Below, in pieces: positions 1-8,181 of a stretch of DNA of 64,000 nt (positions are counted from its first letter, which is position 1; the number at the start of each line of letters is the position of its first letter). Under the pieces are notes generated by a model that worked only from the letters and a program-made list of their open reading frames with translations, was not told the origin of the DNA and searched no databases. Source of the DNA: Bdellovibrionales bacterium (GTDB taxonomy: Bacteria; Bdellovibrionota; Bdellovibrionia; Bdellovibrionales; JAGQZY01). Both the position numbers and the translations under genes were made by a program. The DNA lies in contig JAYUQP010000040.1 of the NCBI GenBank assembly GCA_043757265.1, positions 142,094 to 206,093 on the forward strand, read 5' to 3'.

Positions 1-738
1 AAGCGGGAAGTGATCGAACCAGCGGAATTTATCCACCGGAACAAACTGACGATTTTTGTTTTCGAATGTGACATCGCCATAGAAGTTATCATAGTTTTCT
101 TCGCAGGTAAGAACGGTGCCCCACGGTGTTTGCCCACCAGCGCAGTTCGTAAGTGTTCCGATAGCTACATCGGAGCCAAAAATTTTATAACCCTTTTGAA
201 ACGGAATCGGCGTGCGCGAGGTGATGCGCCGATTGTATTTTGAATTTGCAACCCACGTCCAACCCTGCTCGGTTTTTTTAATATGCAGAAGCGAGCAGCC
301 CATGGCTGTTTGCTCACGCACCACTTCTTCACGCGTGCGCTTGCCACCTTCGATTTTTCGCCCGTGAATTAAAACTGGGTGTATGTACTCATGATTAACA
401 AGCATCACTCCTTCGTCTTTTTTTCCAGGCAGCATGGTGAGCGCTAAGTAGTCGTTGTGTGCGCCAAAAAAATCGCGGTCATTGATGGCTTCATTGTATT
501 TGATAAATAATTTCGAGGTAAGCCCTTCTGCCAAACTCACATCGTCTTTTTGACTGGGCTTAATCACCTGAAACGGTGCGGCCTTTGGGCGAAGAGTGGA
601 GCAGGCTGGTGTGCCCGCAAGCGGAAGGAGTGTACCTGCAAGTGGAAGAAGTTTGCCCGAAAGTGGAAGAAGTGGGCCTGCAGCAGAAAGACGGCCCATG
701 AAATGGAGGAAGTCGCGGCGATCGGTTTTATGTGTCAT
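1..738 (-). CDS. phoX: PhoX-like (DUF839) Tat-secreted phosphatase, N-terminal part; gene runs off the window start
   Basis: Hand translation of the reverse strand from ATG 738..736 stays open to base 1; it is absent from the ORF track because there is no stop in the window. Sequence MTHKTDRRDFLHFMG... carries a twin-arginine motif, and ...GTLTNCAGGQTPWGTVLTCEENYDNFYG is the signature block of PhoX/DUF839 enzymes. Confidence 0.75.
   Translation of the reverse strand, partial: MTHKTDRRDFLHFMGRLSAAGPLLPLSGKLLPLAGTLLPLAGTPACSTLRPKAAPFQVIKPSQKDDVSLAEGLTSKLFIKYNEAINDRDFFGAHNDYLALTMLPGKKDEGVMLVNHEYIHPVLIHGRKIEGGKRTREEVVREQTAMGCSLLHIKKTEQGWTWVANSKYNRRITSRTPIPFQKGYKIFGSDVAIGTLTNCAGGQTPWGTVLTCEENYDNFYGDVTFENKNRQFVPVDKFRWFDHFPL
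611..679. repeat. 3 x 21-bp in-frame tandem repeat inside the PhoX signal peptide
   Basis: Plus strand gtgcccgcaagcggaaggagt / gtacctgcaagtggaagaagt / ttgcccgaaagtggaagaagt. On the minus strand it encodes LLPLSGK-LLPLAGT-LLPLAGT directly after the RRDFL motif. Confidence 0.8.
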
Positions 739-893
739 GCTCTTGAGTATTTTCGATCGCGCAGTGTTATGGCAAGTTTGGAAATGGTTGGTGTAAGAGG
801 TACATAGTAAAAAAACCTCAAAAGAAGAGCGAATGGAAAATAATCTTGTCCAGCAGGTGAATCGGCGCTACATCATGATTACCGGGGGCGGGG

Positions 894-2693
894 ATGAAAA
901 AATTTGCATTTTTGGGGTTGTTTTTTGTTTATCAATTAGGCTGGGCACAGACCGATGGAATTCTAAAAACCATCGCAGACCGCTATGACGAAACAATTAT
1001 GTATTTTGAGTACACACCACACTCTTACGAAGACCGCCTGCAGTGGACGGCGAACGCCAATGCAGATCTGCTCGCTTTGCAAACACTCGATTTATCAATT
1101 CAGCAAACGTCTACGTGGAAAAATTTAAACTTTTTTTTGAAAGCGCAAACAACGCAAGAAATAGCCTGCAAGTCTTACTATTGGGCGAACGACAATTTGT
1201 ATTACTTTTCGGGTGCTTTTGCCATGGAACGCTGGATGCAAGGTGCTGACGCGCCAAAAAACATCGATGAATTCAACAAAGTTTTTGATGAGGGCTTGGT
1301 GAAAGCACGTGAACAGATGGCCAGCATTCATGAAAAGTTGCTCAGAATTCAAGCCGATGGTGTTTTACCTCCGGTTGCCGCATTACGTGTCTATGAGAAT
1401 GTATTAGATCGGCCAGATTCCGACTACAAAAGCCGATTAGGACTGACGCGTTTTATTGAAGATGTGCTGCCAACTTTAACCGAGTGTTCTTTTTGTAAAG
1501 ACATCAATGGTCCGGAACTGATTCAAAAATACGATTCGGCGTTCACAGCTGTGGTCGCAGATATTTTGATAGAACTGGACAACGTATTCGCCCTTGCCAA
1601 AGACGACACTTCACTTGTTGTTCCTCCAGCGCTAAGAGTTGAATGTTACGAAAGCGTACTCAACGGAATTTATTCAGAACTGACCGGAACCATGGTTTTA
1701 AAAAAAGGCGAAAACGAATTATTGCGCGCCGAAAAATCCATGCTTGAGATTCTATTCAAGCTTGGTAAACCTCTCACGCCCCCGCTGAGTATTCCCGCAT
1801 TTATCGAGCAAGTGTACAATGGTATGGCTGCGGATCCAAAATATCATTTAAAATCCGAAGCTGACTATCAACAGATCTACGACGCTTTAAACCAAAGATT
1901 TGAAGCAAAGAAAAATCTCATAACATCGCAGACAAAGTTTTACCCCCTAAAATATGAGTACGAGTTGTATGAGTGGAATCCGAAATCTGGCGGTTACAGT
2001 TTTGACGATGAAGCGGCGGAGGGTTATTTCAGCACCGTTTCTAGTTTAAATCCTGGGTATCTTTCTTTCGAGATTGCATGGCTCTTTATCCACGAAGGCT
2101 TGCCTGGGCATCATCTCGAGCAGTCTATTGATTACGATTTTAGAAAGACTGCAGACAACGCCTTCGATAGCCGAAAGAGTTTTTCTCCCTACATTGAAGG
2201 CTGGGGGCTGTACACGGAAGAATTGGCATTCGAACTCGATCTTTATCAAAACCTCGAAGAACAATTTGCCTTTTATGATGCGCTTCGCTTGCGTGCGCTG
2301 CGTATGATTAATGCCTATCGTTTTTACTTTGATGGTTGGGACGAAACGAAAGTTGTTGCCTTCACCGATGAACACTTGTTCGGTAGCGAGGATGATGCCC
2401 GCATGGCCGTCTCTCGGGCGAAGCGATGGAACGCGCAGGGTGTAGGCTACATGACGGGTAAAACAATACTTATGAGCATGAATCGCTCGGCGCTTAAAAT
2501 TTTAGGCTCTGGTTGTTTTTCATTGGCGGAGTATCATGATTCGTTTTTACAAAAAGGTTCCACACATCTGGACACTTTGGTTTGGCAAACGGCTGAGTGG
2601 ATAAAAAGCAATAACTGCTACCGCGGGGAGTTGAACCGCGACGAAATCGAAGACCTGCTCCGAAAGGACATCATCGACGCGTTTGACATCTGA
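894..2693 (+). CDS. DUF885-family protein (secreted, metallopeptidase-like)
   Basis: 599-aa ORF with N-terminal signal peptide MKKFAFLGLFFVYQLGWAQ and the motif HEGLPGHHLEQ typical of DUF885. G-rich RBS ahead of the ATG. Confidence 0.8.
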   Translation: MKKFAFLGLFFVYQLGWAQTDGILKTIADRYDETIMYFEYTPHSYEDRLQWTANANADLLALQTLDLSIQQTSTWKNLNFFLKAQTTQEIACKSYYWANDNLYYFSGAFAMERWMQGADAPKNIDEFNKVFDEGLVKAREQMASIHEKLLRIQADGVLPPVAALRVYENVLDRPDSDYKSRLGLTRFIEDVLPTLTECSFCKDINGPELIQKYDSAFTAVVADILIELDNVFALAKDDTSLVVPPALRVECYESVLNGIYSELTGTMVLKKGENELLRAEKSMLEILFKLGKPLTPPLSIPAFIEQVYNGMAADPKYHLKSEADYQQIYDALNQRFEAKKNLITSQTKFYPLKYEYELYEWNPKSGGYSFDDEAAEGYFSTVSSLNPGYLSFEIAWLFIHEGLPGHHLEQSIDYDFRKTADNAFDSRKSFSPYIEGWGLYTEELAFELDLYQNLEEQFAFYDALRLRALRMINAYRFYFDGWDETKVVAFTDEHLFGSEDDARMAVSRAKRWNAQGVGYMTGKTILMSMNRSALKILGSGCFSLAEYHDSFLQKGSTHLDTLVWQTAEWIKSNNCYRGELNRDEIEDLLRKDIIDAFDI

Positions 2694-2764
2694 ATCGTCT
2701 GATAAATCGACTGATAATTCTACTGGCAATTCTACTGGCAAATCGGCTGAGAATTGGCGTCATT
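2693..2764. repeat. 6 x 12-bp tandem repeat starting at the DUF885 stop codon
   Basis: aatcgtctgata | aatcgactgata | attctactggca | attctactggca | aatcggctgaga | attggcgtcatt; consensus AWTCKNCTGRYA. The last unit is degenerate. Confidence 0.75.
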
Positions 2765-2904
2765 AATAGAAACAATACATCATTATAAATCCTTGTCTTA
2801 CCAGGTTGTTTTCTCTGATGAGCTGGTGTATCAAAACTTTCCTAATTACTTTCCAATTTAATGACATCGAGGAGGCCCCTTTGGGACTGTTTACCAAGAA
2901 GACC

Positions 2905-4416
2905 ATGGCGGATTTCGCAGCTGAAGCGAACGATCAAAATGTGGAAGGTGGCCACTCCCTCAAAAGACATTTAGGTGCCTTTAATTTAACCATGCTTGGG
3001 ATTGGAGCCATTGTCGGTGCTGGGATTTTTTCCCTCACCGGAACGGCAGCGGCTTACTACGCAGGTCCCGCCATTGTTTACAGTTTTATCATCGGTGGTA
3101 TTCTCTGCGCCTTAGCTGGCCTGTGTTATTCGGAAATGGCCTCAATGGTACCAGTGGCGGGCTCAGCCTACGCGTACTCTTATGCAACTATGGGCGAACT
3201 CGTAGCGTGGATTATTGGTTGGGATTTAGTTTTAGAGTACGCATTTGGTTCCATTACAGTTGCCGCATCGTGGTCCGGCTACTTTGTATCGTTAGTTACA
3301 AAAACGCTGGGTGTACATTGCTCGGACACCGTGCTGCTTTTTACCAAAGGTCCTTGGGAACAGGTGAAGCTTTCTGATGGCGCTATGCACTACGGGTATT
3401 GGAATCTTCCAGCATCGGTGATTGCTCTTCTGGTTTCCTACATTCTCTACCGCGGCATCAAAGAAAGCGCGTTTGTAAACAACATCATTGTGGCTCTAAA
3501 AGTCTTAATCATTCTTCTCTTTATCATTATTGGTTGGGGTGTGATTGATACACAAAATTGGATCGCAAACCCTGAGGCCGAAGGATTAATGCGATTAATC
3601 CCACCTGCAGGCCCAAGCATGCGCCATGGGGTGGAGTTTGAGAGTTTCGGTCTCGCTGGAGTATTAACCGCGGCGGGAGTGGTGTTTTTTTCGTATATCG
3701 GTTTTGATTCCATTTCGACCATGGGACAAGAAAGTAAAAATCCACAGCGCGATTTGCCCATCGGAATGCTGGGCTCGCTCGTGATATGCACAGCGATTTA
3801 TATATTGATGTCTCTAACCATGACCGGCGTGGTGAATTACAAGGACCTCGGCGTGGCAGACCCCGTTGCCGTCGGCGTCGATCGAATTGTTGAACTGCGA
3901 CAGTGGAGCCCAGCGTGGCAAACCATCCTTTCATTTTTTGTAAAATTTGGCGCGCTCTGTGGATTGTCGTCGGTCATTTTAGTAATGATGATTGGCCAGA
4001 CACGCGTTTTCTACGCCATCGGTCGTGATGGGCTTTTACCGTGGTTTGATAAAGTGCATCCGCGCTATTCCACGCCGTACGTCGCGACCGCCGTAAATGG
4101 TATCTTCGTGGCCCTTTGTGGGGGTGTGATGCCGATGAGTCTGGTGGGAGAGTTAACTTCTATTGGAACGTTGTTGGCGTTTGTTTTGGTTTGCGTCGGT
4201 GTATTTATTCTTCGTCATACTAATCCCGAAATACCTCGTCCGTTCAAAACCCCTGTTTACTGGCTCGTGTGCCCGTTGGGCGCGCTTTCGTGTTTATGGG
4301 TGATGTCAGGGCTGCCGCTCGACACTTGGATCAGACTCTTTGTGTGGTTGATGATCGGTTTTGTCATTTACTTCGGATACGGTAGAAAACATAGCAAGCT
4401 GCGCGCCCGAGCATAA
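2905..4416 (+). CDS. APC-superfamily amino acid permease (cationic amino acid transporter/YfnA-like)
   Basis: The track ORF 2806..4416 starts at TTG; I trimmed it to ATG 2905 (MADFAAEANDQ...). Typical N-terminus LKRHLGAFNLTMLGIGAIVGAGIFSLTG and about 12 hydrophobic segments. Confidence 0.85.
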   Translation: MADFAAEANDQNVEGGHSLKRHLGAFNLTMLGIGAIVGAGIFSLTGTAAAYYAGPAIVYSFIIGGILCALAGLCYSEMASMVPVAGSAYAYSYATMGELVAWIIGWDLVLEYAFGSITVAASWSGYFVSLVTKTLGVHCSDTVLLFTKGPWEQVKLSDGAMHYGYWNLPASVIALLVSYILYRGIKESAFVNNIIVALKVLIILLFIIIGWGVIDTQNWIANPEAEGLMRLIPPAGPSMRHGVEFESFGLAGVLTAAGVVFFSYIGFDSISTMGQESKNPQRDLPIGMLGSLVICTAIYILMSLTMTGVVNYKDLGVADPVAVGVDRIVELRQWSPAWQTILSFFVKFGALCGLSSVILVMMIGQTRVFYAIGRDGLLPWFDKVHPRYSTPYVATAVNGIFVALCGGVMPMSLVGELTSIGTLLAFVLVCVGVFILRHTNPEIPRPFKTPVYWLVCPLGALSCLWVMSGLPLDTWIRLFVWLMIGFVIYFGYGRKHSKLRARA

Positions 4417-4435
4417 AGCACTAGCTGACACAGAC

Positions 4436-4464
4436 AGAGGTCGAGTCTGACTCGACTTCTGTTT
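4436..4464 (+). terminator. Hairpin plus T-rich tail after the permease gene
   Basis: agaggtcgag-tctga-ctcgacttct (10-bp stem, one mismatch) followed by gttt. Confidence 0.5.
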
Positions 4465-4655
4465 GAACGAACTCCCGGTTTGAAAGTTCGATATTTGTAA
4501 AAAAAATAACACCTCATCTCAAATTGAGAGCTCAGATACAAAAGAACCCCCTGGTTAGTAAAGTTATTTTTTGTCTCACAGGCTAACTATTTAAATTTTC
4601 AGTGGGACCTCCGAAGAGTCAGTTAGGAATACATGATGATGAAGGAGAGGTTCCT

Positions 4656-5621
4656 ATGACAACAGCGAGAAAACTTTCAATGATGGTGGCAATGGCTGCA
4701 TTTTGTGTGCAGACGGCCCATGCAGAAGACCCTACAGAACTCCAAAGCGAGATGGTAGAAGTTGAGGAGGCAATTGCCGACTCAGAAGCCGCGAAAGCCG
4801 AACAGGTGGAAACAGCTAAACGCCTTGATCGTGAGAAAAAAGATGCAGCTTCAATGAAAGAAAAAGCGGGTGGAGAGCTTAAAAGAGCTCGCCGTGATGA
4901 AGACCGTTCCCGTGAGCGCATCGCCATGAACGAAAAGAAATCTCTCGAAGCACAAGACGAAATCGAAAAAGCAAAAAAGATTATCGAAGATGCTAAAGAG
5001 AAAATGGATAAAAATCGTTTGGAAGTTGAAAAATCCGTGGCCGAACTTGAGAAAGTTAAAAAAGAAGCTCAACACCTCGCTGATCTCAAAAAAGAAGCTC
5101 TCGCTGAAAAAGAGGCCGTTGAGAAGAGCATGTTAAAAGCGCAAGCAAAAGTGGATGATATGAAGCGTACAGAAAAAGCGGCACTTAAGGAGCTTGCACG
5201 TTCTGAGCAAGAGCTAAAGTACGTGCGTGAAAAAGCTAAAAAATCCATGGAAAAGAACAGCAGCGAAAGCAAAGAATATCTACGCATCGTTCAAGATCAT
5301 AGAGATTCTTTAAAAAAGATTGCTAAAAAACTTGATGAAATCGAAGTGGAACTAGAAGTTGATAAAGCTTACGAAGAGAAGCAGGAGCGCAAACAAGCAA
5401 ACATGGAGCGTTCACGCGGTGTTTCTAGCATGGGCTCTGGAAAGTTTGCTAAAATAACTTCTCCCACATGTAGCATGCGCACCTTCCCATCAGCGGATTC
5501 TAAAATTGTTGGCAGCTACAAAAATGGCCGCAAGGTGCACGTAAAACTGCACGACAAAGCGTGGTACTCATCTATCTACAACGGCGAAAAAGTATTTTTA
5601 GGAGCTGGTTGCTTCGAATAG
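4656..5621 (+). CDS. Secreted coiled-coil protein with C-terminal SH3b-like domain
   Basis: Trimmed to ATG 4656, preceded by gaaggagagg. Signal peptide MTTARKLSMMVAMAAFCVQTAHA, about 230 aa of K/E-rich heptad-like sequence, and a C-terminus AKITSPTCSMRTFPSADSKIVGSYKNGRKVHVKLHDKAWYSSIYNGEKVF that resembles bacterial SH3. Confidence 0.6.
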   Translation: MTTARKLSMMVAMAAFCVQTAHAEDPTELQSEMVEVEEAIADSEAAKAEQVETAKRLDREKKDAASMKEKAGGELKRARRDEDRSRERIAMNEKKSLEAQDEIEKAKKIIEDAKEKMDKNRLEVEKSVAELEKVKKEAQHLADLKKEALAEKEAVEKSMLKAQAKVDDMKRTEKAALKELARSEQELKYVREKAKKSMEKNSSESKEYLRIVQDHRDSLKKIAKKLDEIEVELEVDKAYEEKQERKQANMERSRGVSSMGSGKFAKITSPTCSMRTFPSADSKIVGSYKNGRKVHVKLHDKAWYSSIYNGEKVFLGAGCFE

Positions 5622-5653
5622 TTTCGAATCAGCACCGTTCTCATCATCAAAAA

Positions 5654-5681
5654 GCCAGCTCGCGAGCTGGCTTTTTTTTTT
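5654..5681 (+). terminator. Rho-independent terminator
   Basis: gccagctcgcgagctggc perfect palindromic stem followed by 10 T. Confidence 0.85.
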
Positions 5682-5754
5682 AAAAAACAGTTTTGCTAAA
5701 AATTAATCTTGAGCGAAAACAAAGGGTCTCGCATCAATAACCAGTCAAACATTA

Positions 5755-5782
5755 GATCCATCACTTCGCTCAGGATGACGGG
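5755..5782. repeat. Solo copy of the CCGTCATCCTGAGCG..GAAGGATC short interspersed repeat
   Basis: Reverse complement ccccgtcatcctgagcgaagtgatggatc matches the arms of the element at 11071..11236. It lies in a convergent intergenic region. Confidence 0.6.
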
Positions 5783-5790
5783 GAGATTGA

Positions 5791-6591
5791 TTAAAAATCA
5801 GCGATCTGATCAACGTATTCTGGATTATCAATAAATGGATTGCGATTTTGTTGAATGTCTTCAATTTTATTATTCAATTCAACTTCGCGCTCATCAGGCG
5901 GGTCCATCTCGTGCCATTCACGAAGAGACATCTCTTGATTTTTATCAACTTTCGATTTGTAACGGACGGAGAAGTAAAAAATGGCGCGAGCTGCATCACC
6001 CTTGATGGAATCGTCGGGCTCAAACACTCTTTCGCCGGCAGAGTTAACCCCCAAGGCAGCTTCCTGGCAGGGAGCTTGTAAAACCGTAACAACGTCACCA
6101 AACGGGTAGTTGCCGCGGATCGAGTTATTTTTGCTCGTTGTAGGGAACAAACTATGTAAGTCGGACTTTTGCGTCCCGTTTGAAAACTGACTCGTAAAGT
6201 GACTTTGTGGCCAAACATGCTCTACGTTAACGATATTATTATCGGGAATTTGCATAGGACCCAATTGATTGGGTTTTTCGAAATCTGCATTGGTAAAAAC
6301 GTCATTGCAGTAATAGATATCAAGTTCGTAAGTTTGCGGCGAAGTACCTTTGAGATATAAAAAGCCGAAGATCAATTGCCGCACTCGCTTGTATGAGACG
6401 GGCGCATGAAAAGAACTCGTCACTTCGAATAACGATTCTTTAGAAACCGCTCCGTGCACACTTGAGAGAATTTGACTAGACCGCCCGTAAGACGTCTCAC
6501 TGTAGAAAAAAGCACTCAAAACAGACGCACTTATTAGAACAGTCGTACCGAAACCCCAAAATCCAAATACGTTCAAAAACCTTCTGAACAT
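5791..6591 (-). CDS. Endonuclease I family extracellular nuclease
   Basis: 266 aa with an N-terminal hydrophobic signal. Motifs VEHVWPQSHF, GDAARAIFYF and NRNPFIDNPE are characteristic of EndA/Vvn-type endonuclease I. RBS gaggggga. Confidence 0.85.
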   Translation of the reverse strand: MFRRFLNVFGFWGFGTTVLISASVLSAFFYSETSYGRSSQILSSVHGAVSKESLFEVTSSFHAPVSYKRVRQLIFGFLYLKGTSPQTYELDIYYCNDVFTNADFEKPNQLGPMQIPDNNIVNVEHVWPQSHFTSQFSNGTQKSDLHSLFPTTSKNNSIRGNYPFGDVVTVLQAPCQEAALGVNSAGERVFEPDDSIKGDAARAIFYFSVRYKSKVDKNQEMSLREWHEMDPPDEREVELNNKIEDIQQNRNPFIDNPEYVDQIADF

Positions 6592-6724
6592 TGTTTCCCC
6601 CTCACATCATGTGACAGTTAGTTTTATCGAAACGTGAATTGCGCTGACAATAAAGATTTGGAAAACAGACAGAAAAATAACAAATAGGGCACTGCATAAT
6701 TCGTTCTAAAGATGGATCTGCATT

Positions 6725-8104
6725 TTACGCTTTTACTGCAACCGTAAAATCCCATTTTTGCTCGATCAATGCTCCTAAAATATAGGCTACAAACGCCGCG
6801 ATGATTGCCATTAAATAAGGCGCATCCCATGAGAGCACTGAATCGCCTAAAATATAAAATAACATTCCTGAAATAAGAGCCAAGGAGCCCGCGAGGGCTT
6901 TACCCCAGCGGCTATAAATACCGAAAAAAGTAATAATGAGTAATCCCGAAGTTCCAAAGGATGAAGCTGCCTGAAGAAGGGAATAAATGCCGCTTGCAAA
7001 GTGAGCTATGCCGTACGCAACAAAGGCGGCGCCAACAACGATGATACGAACCACGGTGAGCCTATAGCCTTCCGATTTGTGTTTGATCCATGGATCAAGA
7101 ACATTCTGCGCGGTGAGTGCCGCCACCGAAAGCAAAATTGTATCGATAGTTGAGAGAATTGCAGAAATGAGTGCTCCCACAAAAACCACATAGATAAAAG
7201 GCGGCAAATAGCGCTCGGCAACACCTGTGAGAAACTGCTCGTTGTGCATAACATCTGGAAAAATTTGCGGGCCTATAAGGCCCAAGAAAAGCGGAATCGC
7301 GCCCAGGAACAGATAAATAAAACAGGCCCAGTAACTTCCGCGACGGGCGACCTCTGGAGACTTCGCAGCAAGCGTTCTCGAGATTAATTCTTGCGCGACC
7401 AGCGAGCCAAAAACTGGAACGGCCCAGCGATCCATGCGCTGCCAGATGGATTCGTGGCTGGATAAAAAACTCAATCGCTCTGCAGGCATAGTGGAAAAGA
7501 AGGACCACTGAAAATCGCTGCTGTTGATGACAAAATAAAACAAACTTACCAGGCCAAAAAAGATCAAAGCCCCTTTGAGCATATCGGTGATGATATCACC
7601 CAACAAACCACCTAACAGAGTGTAAATCATCACGGCAAAGGTACAGAAAAAAATTGTTGTCTCAACTGGCAGTTTTGTGGTGCTGCTGACAACTTGGCCA
7701 AACGCACGAATTTGCGCCGCAGCCCAAATGAGCGAGCCCGCAATGAGAATAAACGCTGTTAGCTTTTCCACCCACAGACCGTAGCGTTCCGCGTAGAAGT
7801 CAGAAAGCGTAATATATCCCCCGCGCCACAACGGGGCTGCGATCAAAAGGCCCATCAGCAACAAACAAAGGCTGTAGCCAAAGGGATCGGCGCGACTCGC
7901 AGAGAGACCGCCAACATAAACGGCACCCGAAGACCCGATGCAAGTTTCAGCACCAAACCAGCTTGCAACCAGGGACATGGCGACGATGGGCGTGGGCAGA
8001 CTGCGACCCGCCAAAAAAAAGTCGGTGGATGTGGTTACTTTGCGGGCCACCCAATAGCAGATCGCCAATTGAATGATGAGATAAAGGCAAATGAAATAAA
8101 GCAT
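6725..8104 (-). CDS. Sodium:solute symporter (SSS) family transporter
   Basis: Trimmed from 8221 to ATG 8104 (MLYFICLYLIIQLAICYWVARKV..DFFLAGRSLP). Multi-pass membrane protein with SSS-like N-terminus. Confidence 0.85.
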   Translation of the reverse strand: MLYFICLYLIIQLAICYWVARKVTTSTDFFLAGRSLPTPIVAMSLVASWFGAETCIGSSGAVYVGGLSASRADPFGYSLCLLLMGLLIAAPLWRGGYITLSDFYAERYGLWVEKLTAFILIAGSLIWAAAQIRAFGQVVSSTTKLPVETTIFFCTFAVMIYTLLGGLLGDIITDMLKGALIFFGLVSLFYFVINSSDFQWSFFSTMPAERLSFLSSHESIWQRMDRWAVPVFGSLVAQELISRTLAAKSPEVARRGSYWACFIYLFLGAIPLFLGLIGPQIFPDVMHNEQFLTGVAERYLPPFIYVVFVGALISAILSTIDTILLSVAALTAQNVLDPWIKHKSEGYRLTVVRIIVVGAAFVAYGIAHFASGIYSLLQAASSFGTSGLLIITFFGIYSRWGKALAGSLALISGMLFYILGDSVLSWDAPYLMAIIAAFVAYILGALIEQKWDFTVAVKA

Positions 8105-8139
8105 TCTCGCTCTCCGCTTTTTGGCTACCGACCAGAGTT

Positions 8140-8154
8140 TCCGTAAGGTACGGA
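8140..8154. promoter_or_regulatory. 15-bp palindrome in the divergent SSS/uvrC promoter region
   Basis: TCCGTA-agg-TACGGA. It shares the CCGTA/TACGG half-site seen upstream of lexA. Confidence 0.3.
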
Positions 8155-8181
8155 TTAAGCCAAATTCCTTAAGATGACAAA

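Noticed and set aside
550-807. Plus-strand ORFs 550..807 and 596..796 (repetitive ...SGRS.. peptide)
   Set aside because: They are antisense shadows of the PhoX-like N-terminus. Their repeats are just the 21-bp tandem repeat read on the other strand.
2806-2904. Long N-terminal extensions given by the ORF track (2806, 4602, 8221, 11016, 14464, 17388, 28760, 37122, 40869, 42312, 50495, 54371, 56156, 57986, 60250)
   Set aside because: In each case an internal ATG/GTG with a better Shine-Dalgarno sequence coincides with the expected family N-terminus or signal peptide. The extension would also overlap a neighbouring gene or promoter.
3447-3934. Antisense or alternative-frame ORFs inside long genes (for example 3447..3934, 4619..5287, 7006..7508, 18029..18286, 21361..21899, 33793..34708, 36497..36924, 45496..46354, 55048..55419, 56518..57057, 61872..62270)
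   Set aside because: Each lies wholly within a longer ORF that has clear family motifs. They have no RBS and no recognisable domains, and their composition is typical of shadow frames.
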